From Candidatus Woesearchaeota archaeon (GTDB lineage: Archaea > Nanobdellota > Nanobdellia > Woesearchaeales > UBA525): a stretch of 64,000 bases of DNA. Below are positions 43,444-52,009 of the stretch, in pieces. Under the pieces are notes generated by a model, which was not told where the DNA came from, searched no databases, and saw only the letters and a list, made by a program, of their open reading frames with translations. The position numbers and the translations under genes were made by a program. The DNA lies in NCBI GenBank assembly GCA_028818155.1, contig JAPPOH010000014.1:75042-139041 (forward strand). Direction: 5' to 3'. How positions within the stretch are numbered: position 1 is the first letter of the stretch; each line of letters begins with the position of its first letter.

Positions 43444-45176
43444 AATCGTTCAAGTGCAAGGTTGTGTGCTTCAACGTACCGTGTGATGAATGTTTTCCAA
43501 TTGCATGTATCTGCGAGTGATTTTGCCATGAATCCTTTCTTCACACGTTCGTTTCGATCAGCAAGAATAAACGCTTTCAGCTCTTCTTTGAGTGCAGTAA
43601 CAACCTCTTCACGAGATGTTCCCTCTCGTTGGAGTACGGTCACGCCTTCGCGTTCTTTGCACGTAACGTATCGTCCAAAGCCTGCGAGATCTGTTGTGAT
43701 CGTTGGTATGCCGAGCACGGCACTTTCTAGTGGTGTGTATCCCCACGGTTCGTACGCGCTTGGAAAGATGCCAAGATTCATGCCGACGGTTGCGTCATAA
43801 TAGTCTAGGTTCAGAACGCCATCAGACCCGTCAAAGTAGCCCGGGTAGATGATGACCTTTACAGGATCGTCTTGTGCGTTCTGTAAGCCGTGTGCGTGGA
43901 AACTTTGCAGCATTGGATCATCTTCTGCATTCGGGATATCATGTGTTGCTACCGGTGGTAGTCCTTCGCGTGAGAAATGGCTGACGTTTTCGTTAATTTT
44001 TTCGAGGACATCATTCACGAGTGTGCCATCTCGCTTGCCACTCACAAGGCCAAGTGTCAAATGCTGCAACAAGTGCTTCTTATGCCAGTCGACAGTGCTG
44101 CGGACGTGTTGGTAGTAGTTTTTGTTTTCTAACACATCGTGTCGCACGCCTCCTTTGCCCATAATGACGCAGAAAAACATCACGACTGTTGGCACGTTCT
44201 TCCCCTTGAGTTCTTCGTTCAGCGTGCCGATGGCATCAATTAAGATATCGATGCCCTTGTTCCTGAATTCATATCTGCCAGATGTAAAAAACATGAGTGT
44301 GTTGTCGAGATCGAACGTATAGTACGGGAAGAACATGTACGCAAGAAATTCTTTTAGCATGTCTTTGCTTTTTATGTGTCTGAGACTTGTCTCCTCAAAT
44401 GTTGGGAATCTCTCTGTGTTGAAACCATTATAGACGAGTACATCAGGTTTCTTCCCCAGCAGTTTCTCTGCCTCAAGTCCTGTGATTTCGCTCACCGTGG
44501 TGAATGTGTCCGCGTGGTGCGCACATGCTTTTTCTGCAAGGTGTTTATCCTGCACATTGAATTTGTACGCCCATTCCTCCGGATTGATTGTGTCAATTAT
44601 ATCGTACAGTTCGTGCCCATTTCCTGCGATTGTTCGGCCGAGCATCGTCGCGTGTGTCGTGAAAACGGTTGCAACATTTGGCACGTGCTTCAAATGGAGC
44701 GCTGCGAACCCAGTCATCCATTCGTGGCAATGTGCAACAGTCCGTTTTTTGCTTTTGGCAGCGTATTGCTCGATGAGCTTTCCTGCTGCAACCGCGAAAC
44801 ACAGTGGCTCTTCAAACTCATACGATGCATGCATCGAGTCGATCTGGAATTCCTTCCAGAGCCATGCTTTGTGCTGATCTTTGTCCTTCATTGAAGAACG
44901 TATGAGAACGACTGTTGGCTCACCAGGTATGAGCCACACGCCGTACTTGCAGCGAATGCCTTCAGCTGCAAGTGCGTTGAAGACTTCTTTCCACTTCTTC
45001 GGCGGTTTCCGTTCTTCGAACTCTCTGCTTCCGAGATCTGGGCCAATGAGCACATATCCTGGATAGAGACGTTGCATCTCATGTAACTTTGTCTGGATGA
45101 CTGTGTAGATGCCACCGACTTTATTGCAGGCCTCCCACGAGATTTCGAAGAGTGTGTCTGCTCGTGGTGCTACCAT
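43440..45176 (-). CDS. eukaryote-type (GT3) glycogen synthase
   Basis: The N-terminus LFEISWEACNKVGGIYTVIQTK closely matches the animal/fungal glycogen synthase N-terminal motif (FEVAWEVANKVGGIYTV). 578 aa. Confidence 0.8.
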   Translation of the reverse strand: MVAPRADTLFEISWEACNKVGGIYTVIQTKLHEMQRLYPGYVLIGPDLGSREFEERKPPKKWKEVFNALAAEGIRCKYGVWLIPGEPTVVLIRSSMKDKDQHKAWLWKEFQIDSMHASYEFEEPLCFAVAAGKLIEQYAAKSKKRTVAHCHEWMTGFAALHLKHVPNVATVFTTHATMLGRTIAGNGHELYDIIDTINPEEWAYKFNVQDKHLAEKACAHHADTFTTVSEITGLEAEKLLGKKPDVLVYNGFNTERFPTFEETSLRHIKSKDMLKEFLAYMFFPYYTFDLDNTLMFFTSGRYEFRNKGIDILIDAIGTLNEELKGKNVPTVVMFFCVIMGKGGVRHDVLENKNYYQHVRSTVDWHKKHLLQHLTLGLVSGKRDGTLVNDVLEKINENVSHFSREGLPPVATHDIPNAEDDPMLQSFHAHGLQNAQDDPVKVIIYPGYFDGSDGVLNLDYYDATVGMNLGIFPSAYEPWGYTPLESAVLGIPTITTDLAGFGRYVTCKEREGVTVLQREGTSREEVVTALKEELKAFILADRNERVKKGFMAKSLADTCNWKTFITRYVEAHNLALERL

Positions 45177-45646
45177 CAGAACGTTAGCAGTCTGCCAAGC
45201 ACGATCCCAATCACGAGTCCGAAGACGAGGCCGTACATGAAGTCCTTCACGATCATGCGAACGTGATCGTGGTGCTGAGCGGGCTCCTCTGCAGCAGGTG
45301 CTGCCTCCTGAGGTGTATGTTCCTGTACCGGCTCTTCCGTTGGGTGGATATCCAGAGACTCTTCGATCTTTGACTGGATATCTTCGTGCGGCGCTTCGAC
45401 TGGTTGCGGGTTGAGGTGGTCGTTGATGATCTCTACTGTTTCGACAATGCTGGTCACTTTGTCGAGCTCGTCTGCAACGCTCTCGAACTGGAGCACATGT
45501 CTGACCCAGCTTGCGAAGTCGTTCTTTTCAGCGTTGACGTGGTGGTAGAACTCATCGTAGCTCAATGCTTCGATTTTTGCTTGCAGTTCTTCCAAGTCTC
45601 CTACTGCGGAGCCATCTTGGAAGTGGAACTGTTTCTCTTGTTCCAT
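45176..45646 (-). CDS. hypothetical protein: unknown conserved domain plus C-terminal TM
   Basis: Its N-terminal domain is paralogous to the C-terminus of 45658..46215 (shared ...HHV.(A/P).KNDF.SWV... pattern). C-terminal TM helix. Confidence 0.5.
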   Translation of the reverse strand: MEQEKQFHFQDGSAVGDLEELQAKIEALSYDEFYHHVNAEKNDFASWVRHVLQFESVADELDKVTSIVETVEIINDHLNPQPVEAPHEDIQSKIEESLDIHPTEEPVQEHTPQEAAPAAEEPAQHHDHVRMIVKDFMYGLVFGLVIGIVLGRLLTF

Positions 45647-45657
45647 TACTCACCCCC

Positions 45658-46215
45658 TTACTCGTGTCCTGCTAAGTGTTTGTAGATCACGAGTTGCAAC
45701 CGTTTCTTTGAACCAACACCTGCGATTTTCCGCGCGAGTTGCACATCAGCGAACACATCTTTCACCCAGCTGTGAAAGTCATTCTTATCCGGTGTCACGT
45801 GATGATCAAAGACGTGTTCTTCGAGCTGATCGAGCAGTGACGCGAGCTCAGCCACGTGTTTCACTGGTTTTCCATTCGCAAGAATGAAGTACTGGTGATC
45901 AGGGACTTCCCGTGTCAAGTTATAGACTCGTTTCCTCGACGTTGTTCGTTGTTTAGCTGCGTTGTCTCGCTTCGGTGCTTTCCGCCTTACAGGCTTCTTG
46001 CGTGCTTTCTTTGCAACTTTCCGAGTTTTCTTGCTACGTTTCCGTGTCGCTTTCTTTCTCGGTGTAGATTTCTTCGCCTTTCGGACCTTCTTGACTGCTT
46101 TGCGTGCTTTCTTGCGAGTCTTTCGCACGACTCGCTTTTTTCGCGCTTTTGCAACCTTTCGTGTCTTTCGAGCTGTTTTCTTACGTATAGCTTTACGCTT
46201 TGCCATACTCCTCAC
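45658..46215 (-). CDS. hypothetical protein: ~100-aa polybasic (K/R-rich) N-terminus plus the same unknown domain
   Basis: AKRKAIRKKTARKTRKVAKARKK... low-complexity basic region, then a domain paralogous to 45176..45646. Confidence 0.5.
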   Translation of the reverse strand: MRSMAKRKAIRKKTARKTRKVAKARKKRVVRKTRKKARKAVKKVRKAKKSTPRKKATRKRSKKTRKVAKKARKKPVRRKAPKRDNAAKQRTTSRKRVYNLTREVPDHQYFILANGKPVKHVAELASLLDQLEEHVFDHHVTPDKNDFHSWVKDVFADVQLARKIAGVGSKKRLQLVIYKHLAGHE

Positions 46216-46269
46216 CCTCTTTTGTTTTTGTGTTGTTGTACGGTTTATAACCGTTTCTGTGATTATGTG

Positions 46270-47526
46270 TCATGAGAGCACCTTTGAGCTTGGTTTTGAT
46301 GTCACGTGTAATGAGTGTTTGTCGAATTGCTTGCCCTTCTTCCCAAGGAGAATTTTCGTTCTCAGGGCAAGATCGTGGAGTACATTCATGAATGCGATGT
46401 ACCCCTCATATGGTGAGTCATATGGGTTGAAGTATTTGTGGACGTCTCCATCAGAGAACCATTTTGTGCACATGTAGTAGAAGTGGTCACTTGTTGTGAG
46501 TTTGCGCCATTGTTGGATGAGGTGCTTGTCTTCTGTTTCTTTCACCGCTTTGCCAAGTTTGTAGAGTTCATCAAGCGCACTCTGCTGGATACTGTTGCCG
46601 TTCCATGCAGAAAGATCCCGTTCTAAGTCTGCCCACGAGACGTAGTCGTGAATATCCACTTCGTCGCGTGTCTCGAAGTCGTTTGCTGTTTCGCTCACCG
46701 TCTTGAACGTGTTATCTGGGTGCTTGAGTACTTCTCTCGGGAGTGCTTGGAGGAAGTCGAAGATTCCTGTGTCCTCCCACTGGTGTTCGCCGAATGTTTC
46801 GTAGTCCATGAAGAGGTTGATCGTATCTCCGTTTCCGTTCACACTGTTGATCCACTGCGTGTATTTTTCTATCGAGAGTGGCCATTCTTCCCAGCCTTTG
46901 TTGCTGAAGCGGAACGCAACATCATCACTGAGCTTGTAATTTTTCAAGAGCAGTTTCATGTTCTTCGTTGCTTTGCTCTTGTACACAAAATTTGGGCTTC
47001 GCCAGCCAAGCACAGGATCCCAGCCTTCTGCGAGAATGGCCGAGAACCCGAGCTGTTCCACATCATATGCTAACGCATTGTTGTAGATCAGCTCGGTGTT
47101 CCTGAACACGGTTGGTGTTTGGCCAAAAAGCTCTCTGACGAGAGAAACGTGCTGTGCTATTTGTTGTTGAAACTCTTTTTTGTCATACAAGAAGGAGAGA
47201 CTGTGGTAGTAGGTCTCTGCTAAAAATTCAACTTGTCCTGTTGCGGCGAGTGCCTTGAATGATTCGAGCACTTCCGGCATGTACTCTTTCATTTGCTCCA
47301 GTGCGACGCCGCTGATCGAATATGAAATTTTGAATGCGGGGTGCTGTTGCAGTAGTTCGAGCATGAGTTTATTTGTCGGTAGGTAACATTTTCTCCCGAC
47401 TTTGCGCATAATTTCTTTGTTTTTTTGCTCGTCGAAGTACGTATCGCTCTTGCCAATATCAAAAACGGAGTATTGTCTGAGCCTGTGGGGCTGATGCACT
47501 TGGAAGTAGAAGCAAATGTTTACCAT
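46270..47526 (-). CDS. GH57-family glycoside hydrolase (alpha-amylase/branching-like)
   Basis: FYFQVHQPHRL N-terminus and DYETFGEHQWE catalytic-region motif. Confidence 0.85.
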   Translation of the reverse strand: MVNICFYFQVHQPHRLRQYSVFDIGKSDTYFDEQKNKEIMRKVGRKCYLPTNKLMLELLQQHPAFKISYSISGVALEQMKEYMPEVLESFKALAATGQVEFLAETYYHSLSFLYDKKEFQQQIAQHVSLVRELFGQTPTVFRNTELIYNNALAYDVEQLGFSAILAEGWDPVLGWRSPNFVYKSKATKNMKLLLKNYKLSDDVAFRFSNKGWEEWPLSIEKYTQWINSVNGNGDTINLFMDYETFGEHQWEDTGIFDFLQALPREVLKHPDNTFKTVSETANDFETRDEVDIHDYVSWADLERDLSAWNGNSIQQSALDELYKLGKAVKETEDKHLIQQWRKLTTSDHFYYMCTKWFSDGDVHKYFNPYDSPYEGYIAFMNVLHDLALRTKILLGKKGKQFDKHSLHVTSKPSSKVLS

Positions 47527-48752
47527 GACAGCACCTCGTTGTAGATGTCAACACATTGCTGTGCTGGATTCTCCCACGTGAACCCTTGAATCTCGAGTGT
47601 TGAGTGGTGCTGCAGCATGGTGTGGAGGTGCTCGTAGGAGAGCGCTGCGATCATTTTGCTCGCGAGGTCATCCACGTTCCAGAAATCGACTTTCAAAACG
47701 TGCTTGAGCACTTCACTCACGCCGGATTGTCTACTGATGATAACTGGCGTACCTTGCTGCATCGCCTCTAAGGGTACGATACCGAAGGGTTCACTCACTG
47801 AAGGCATGACGAAGAGGTCTGCCATTTGATAGAGCTGATCTCCCTCAGTTCTCGTGACGAAGCCTGTGAAGATGACTTTATTCCCGATGCCAAGATCTGA
47901 TGCGCGTTCAATCATACGTGGGAGCATGTCGCCTGTGCCTGCAACGATAAACTTGACGTGTGGCAGTAATCGTGCAACCTTTGCAGCGGCATCGAGGAAG
48001 TAATCAGGTCCCTTTTGGAGCGTGACTCTTCCCAAGAAGAGGACAAGTTTTTCTCCCGGAGATATCTGTTCTTGTTTTACTTGGAGGTTATGTTCTGTCG
48101 GTTCTACAGCGTTGTGGACGACGCGAATCTTTGCTGGATCAACGTAGTATTTCTCAACTAATCGTTGCTTGACGAGGTTGCTTACCGCGATAACGATGTC
48201 TGCTTTGTGAAACCCTTCATGCTCGATCTTGTAGACTGCCGGATCAGCATGCTCGCCGCCCGTCTTGTCGAAGTCTGTGATGTGAACGTGCATAACAAGT
48301 GGTTTGCCTGTTTTTTGCTTTAGTGCGAGTGCTGCTGGGACTGTTGTCCAGTCGTGTGCGTGGATAACATCGAACACTTCGTGGTCTGCGACTTTTTGTA
48401 TTGCTGCTGCGAAGCGGTGCATCTCTTGGAGGAGGTTTGTGCCGTAGATAGTTGAGCCTTTGCCCATGAGTGCTGTGCCGTACGCATCGAGCATCCGTGT
48501 GTATTCGTCCTGTGAGACGTACGGTGTTAGTGTTGATGCAACTTTGTGTGTTTGTATGCCGAGGTGCTCTAGTTCTTTATCTGCAACGAGAAGGTTGACG
48601 TGTTCGCTTTGAACATGTTCTGGGCCGTGTGGCATGACGTAGGTGATGTCAACGCCTTTCTTCCGAAGTCCTTTGGTGAGTTCATAGCACACTGTGCCGA
48701 CGCCTCCTGCAAAGTAGGGTGGGAACTCCCACCCGAGCATTAATACCCTCAC
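47520..48752 (-). CDS. archaeal-type GT-B glycogen synthase-like glycosyltransferase (GT4/GT5)
   Basis: MRVLMLGWEFPPYFAGGVGTV N-terminus and a C-terminal EPFGIVPLEAM motif. Confidence 0.8.
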   Translation of the reverse strand: MRVLMLGWEFPPYFAGGVGTVCYELTKGLRKKGVDITYVMPHGPEHVQSEHVNLLVADKELEHLGIQTHKVASTLTPYVSQDEYTRMLDAYGTALMGKGSTIYGTNLLQEMHRFAAAIQKVADHEVFDVIHAHDWTTVPAALALKQKTGKPLVMHVHITDFDKTGGEHADPAVYKIEHEGFHKADIVIAVSNLVKQRLVEKYYVDPAKIRVVHNAVEPTEHNLQVKQEQISPGEKLVLFLGRVTLQKGPDYFLDAAAKVARLLPHVKFIVAGTGDMLPRMIERASDLGIGNKVIFTGFVTRTEGDQLYQMADLFVMPSVSEPFGIVPLEAMQQGTPVIISRQSGVSEVLKHVLKVDFWNVDDLASKMIAALSYEHLHTMLQHHSTLEIQGFTWENPAQQCVDIYNEVLSW

Positions 48753-48937
48753 CTGTTTTTCCCCCGTAGTCTACGATCTAGTATTCACTGTTACCAAACC
48801 ACCAACCAAGCATGTGGAACCGCTGTCCGTTTATAAAGCTTTACCACGATGTCTCTCGAGAAGGATGTATTTTAAATTATTGTTAATATAATAAAATAAG
48901 AGAAAACTTTATTAATAGGAGCTCCTCGACAAACATT

Positions 48938-49561
48938 GTGGATGAACTCCTCCAAGAGGGCCGGTGGGCAATGATAGCTGCGATATGCAATGGTGCGGAT
49001 TCAACAACAGCAGTAGCACGTGCAACAGGCACAAGCTTACCGAACGTATCACAACACATGCAGCTCTTACACGCGTATGACATTGTGGCAGTAGAAAAGG
49101 AAAAACAACCTGTTGGGAAGCCACGGCACAAGTACACGATGAAGAAACCAATCTGTCACGTCCACTTAGCACGCAACGGGTTTGCAGGGAAACAGTTCCT
49201 TACCGGCACGTACCATGAAACGTTGCTGAACGTACTTTTTCTTCCGAAGAAAGATCAAGCGTTTGTGCATAAACTACTGCTCTGCTATGAAGATCTCCTT
49301 GATTGTGCAATCGGCTATGTGAAAAGTAGTGAGAAAGAGATCGAACTCGTTGTTCTTACCGAGAATCTTGAGAAGATACGAGCTGAATACGCAAATCTTG
49401 AAATTGCTCACATGAAGAAAAAACGGCGCATTGTGAACTGGGCGCACAGTGTTGCCGAAGTACGAGAAGGACTCGCACAACATGATCCACACTTTGTCAC
49501 CCTATTCAAACAGCCACATGTGCTGCATGATCCAACAAACACATTTGAGGAGATACAATGA
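48938..49561 (+). CDS. ArsR-like wHTH regulator with C-terminal domain
   Basis: The AVARATGTSLPNVSQHMQLLHAYDIV recognition-helix pattern. GTG start with TATA-like TTTATTAATA about 25 nt upstream. Confidence 0.55.
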   Translation: MDELLQEGRWAMIAAICNGADSTTAVARATGTSLPNVSQHMQLLHAYDIVAVEKEKQPVGKPRHKYTMKKPICHVHLARNGFAGKQFLTGTYHETLLNVLFLPKKDQAFVHKLLLCYEDLLDCAIGYVKSSEKEIELVVLTENLEKIRAEYANLEIAHMKKKRRIVNWAHSVAEVREGLAQHDPHFVTLFKQPHVLHDPTNTFEEIQ

Positions 49562-49821
49562 CGAAAACAGCAGAAGTGCTTGATCAACTCCAACGAACAG
49601 ACTTACAACAATTGCAGAAAGAACTCAAAGAAGGTATTTTTCAGCAATTACTACATGACTCACTCGCTGACGTGCCGCAGAGCGTGTGTCCTATTTGCAG
49701 TACACCTGTGTCCGATACAGCAGAATATGTGTTATATTTTGGCAAAGAAGTTCGCCGGAAAGCACGGTTTGACGGCATTGACTGCTTACGCTTTTTTCTA
49801 AAGGATATGGAGAAGCGGTAG
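49558..49821 (+). CDS. small hypothetical protein
   Basis: ATGA overlap with the upstream regulator gene. Contains CPICSTPV. No family recognised. Confidence 0.4.
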   Translation: MTKTAEVLDQLQRTDLQQLQKELKEGIFQQLLHDSLADVPQSVCPICSTPVSDTAEYVLYFGKEVRRKARFDGIDCLRFFLKDMEKR

Positions 49822-49867
49822 ATCTCCCCCGGATCTACCCTCTTCATTTTTTACAAACTATTGAGAA

Positions 49868-50422
49868 TTATTTGCGCTTCTTCTTTTTCTTCGCTTTCTT
49901 CTTCTTTTTCTTTGCAGGCGCTTTCTGCACTGGCTTCTCTTCACTGAGTTCTGCAACAACAGCAGGATCTTGGTGTGGCACAATAGGCTCAACTTCTGGC
50001 AATGGCTGATGCGTCATTGCTTGCATGCGCTGCTTGATCTCTCGCTCGATGGCAAGACGCATCCGTACTTTTTCTCGCCGCTTTGCGAAATATCTTTTTG
50101 GAACAGACGCGATTTTCTTCGAGGCTGCAGGGATATGCTCTTTGAGGACTTTTTCCGTGCCTGCCTTCATTTTATTCACGACTTTTCGCGTTTTTTCTCG
50201 GATCGGCTGCGGCCTGTCTCTCGCAAGTTCCAACGCAATATTCTTCTCATGTGTGTTCGAAATATGAAACTCAATACTCTTCACGAATGTCTCAATTTCC
50301 TTAATCGCGCCATAAATCTGGTGCTGGACTGCTGGATCGAGATTTGGATTTTTCTGGAGCTGATCGACAAGTGATTGTCTGCGTTCTTCGTATTCTCGTA
50401 GGAGTGTGTAGAGTGATGACAC
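49868..50422 (-). CDS. hypothetical helical protein with poly-Lys C-terminus
   Basis: 184-aa ORF ending in PAKKKKKKAKKKKKRK. No family recognised. Confidence 0.45.
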   Translation of the reverse strand: MSSLYTLLREYEERRQSLVDQLQKNPNLDPAVQHQIYGAIKEIETFVKSIEFHISNTHEKNIALELARDRPQPIREKTRKVVNKMKAGTEKVLKEHIPAASKKIASVPKRYFAKRREKVRMRLAIEREIKQRMQAMTHQPLPEVEPIVPHQDPAVVAELSEEKPVQKAPAKKKKKKAKKKKKRK

Positions 50423-50498
50423 TGGTATTCACCTCTACCTCTGGAACTGAAGTTGATTTATAAAGGCTGCGTTATTCAAAAAATTTTCCGGGAACAGT

Positions 50499-50529
50499 CG
50501 GAAATCTTTCGGGTTTTGGTGAGAAAAGT
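50499..50529 (+). promoter_or_regulatory. conserved upstream motif, copy B (CGGAAATCTTTCGGGTTTTGGTGAGAAAAGT)
   Basis: About 25/31 identical to 62235-62264. Ends 29 nt before ATG 50559. Confidence 0.45.
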
Positions 50530-50558
50530 TTATGAAGGATGCTGCATAACCTTTTTTC

Positions 50559-50750
50559 ATGAAACTCGTGCAGAAAAAACTCATTGGGGTTGCGGGTACA
50601 ATCAGCACAGTACTTGGAGCGATGTTCATGTTTCCAGGCTTCATGCAAGAGCGCTTTGTGCTTGCAGGATTTGCTTCTGTACTCGTCATAGGCGGAATTG
50701 TTATGCTGAGTATTGCGTTTGGTGAAGAAAGTGACATCGCAAAAAGTTAG
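50559..50750 (+). CDS. small two-TM membrane protein
   Basis: 63 aa with two hydrophobic helices. Preceded by the conserved motif. Confidence 0.4.
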   Translation: MKLVQKKLIGVAGTISTVLGAMFMFPGFMQERFVLAGFASVLVIGGIVMLSIAFGEESDIAKS

Positions 50751-51000
50751 GAAAAATCTTCTCGATTTGCAGTACACAACGAATCTTCAGTACTTCAACA
50801 CTGTTGTGATTCTTGTATTCACATACTTTATTGGTTTGGGTCTTGCCTTCGTGAGTGGACAGATTGCAAGCACGTCAACTATTCTTTCGGTCGGTGGCAT
50901 CAGCGCTGCAGTACTCTCTCCTTTGGTTGTCTTTGCAGTTCTATTTCGAACAAGAATGGCGAGCATACTTCGAGAAATACGCACATTGAAACGACTTTAG
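50713..51000 (+). CDS. small membrane protein (start uncertain)
   Basis: Two to three hydrophobic helices. Overlaps the previous ORF in another frame. Confidence 0.35.
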   Translation: MRLVKKVTSQKVRKNLLDLQYTTNLQYFNTVVILVFTYFIGLGLAFVSGQIASTSTILSVGGISAAVLSPLVVFAVLFRTRMASILREIRTLKRL

Positions 51001-51365
51001 GCAAGCGTTCGTTTCTTGCAGCGCATGAAAACTTTGCCGTCTCGCTTTTCTACTTGCGTGCGCACGAACGAATATTCTTCGAGCTTCACGAACTCGTCAA
51101 ACTGCTTCTCGCCTTCCGTGCGCGTAAGCGCTGTATGCAACATACGTATACCCCACTAGGTGTGCAGAGAAGAAGTATTTAAGAATTATTCATATTTTGA
51201 CTTTGCTTTGTCCTTTTTTGTGAATGGTGTGAGCTTTTTGAATGCGCCGAACCATGATTTGGATGTCATGGTAGCAAGATTTCGTCATCATTAATATACC
51301 TTTTCCCATACTCGTTTGGGAACGCTTATATACGCAGCCTCCTTTCATATTCCTGGGGGATTGAG

Positions 51366-51638
51366 ATGACATCACTTGAGAACTACGAAGAGATCATGGC
51401 CCTGCAGCGGCAGATGGCTTCACGCGTCGTACAAGAGAATGAGATGGACCTCCAGTTAAAACTCTTAGATATTATCAATGATTTGGTGAAGAACAAACAG
51501 CAGCAAGTGCAGAAAGCGAAAGTCTTTACCATCGCAGAGATGGAAGGGATTGCAGACGAGCAGTGTGCACGATTATTGCAGAGTTTAGATGATCTTGGCT
51601 ACATTCGCATCGTTGGCGCGTACGTGAAGCGAGCATGA
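51366..51638 (+). CDS. small hypothetical protein (possible wHTH C-terminus)
   Basis: 90-aa ORF. ATGA overlap with the downstream VOC gene. Confidence 0.45.
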   Translation: MTSLENYEEIMALQRQMASRVVQENEMDLQLKLLDIINDLVKNKQQQVQKAKVFTIAEMEGIADEQCARLLQSLDDLGYIRIVGAYVKRA

Positions 51639-52009
51639 AAACAGATCTGTTTGTCGAGCTACATGTTCCTGAGTTTTCAACAGCCAGAAAGTTCTATGGC
51701 AACCTTGGCTTTCGTGTCAAGTGGGAGCGAGATGGCTATCTTGTGATGCAGCGTGGCGCGAGTGTTCTGAACTTTTACCTTGGACAGAATGAGTACTTTC
51801 AAAGCAAGAAGAGTGATCGTGGGCATGCTGTGGAGATTATTTTGTTAGTTGACGGTGTTGAAGCGTTCTACGAGCAAGTGAAAGATACTGTGAAGGTTGT
51901 CTCGCCATTACAAGAGCGGAAGTGGGGTGTGAAAGACTTCCGGATTGTCGATCCGTTTGGATTTTACATTCGAATAAGTGAGCGGTATGAGTGGTTAGAA
52001 TCCGCCTAA
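51635..52009 (+). CDS. glyoxalase/bleomycin-resistance (VOC) family protein
   Basis: About 124 aa with a beta-alpha-beta-beta-beta pattern. FYGNLGF...W and DFRIVDPFGFYIRI are typical of bleomycin-resistance-like VOC proteins. Confidence 0.65.
   Translation: MKTDLFVELHVPEFSTARKFYGNLGFRVKWERDGYLVMQRGASVLNFYLGQNEYFQSKKSDRGHAVEIILLVDGVEAFYEQVKDTVKVVSPLQERKWGVKDFRIVDPFGFYIRISERYEWLESA

Noticed and set aside
45960-46215. A periodic CTT/TCG/TTT-rich repeat-looking DNA stretch.
   Set aside because: It is the reverse complement of Lys/Arg/Ala codons encoding the polybasic N-terminus of 45658..46215. The plus-strand ORFs 45856..46275 and 45962..46477 are mirror artefacts.
51285-51291. An ATGATGA (C-box-like, minus strand) in the 51150-51365 gap, considered as a C/D box sRNA.
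   Set aside because: No CTGA D or D' box occurs at the required ~12-nt guide spacing, and no terminal stem was found. The overlapping ORF 51190..51375 also looks spurious.
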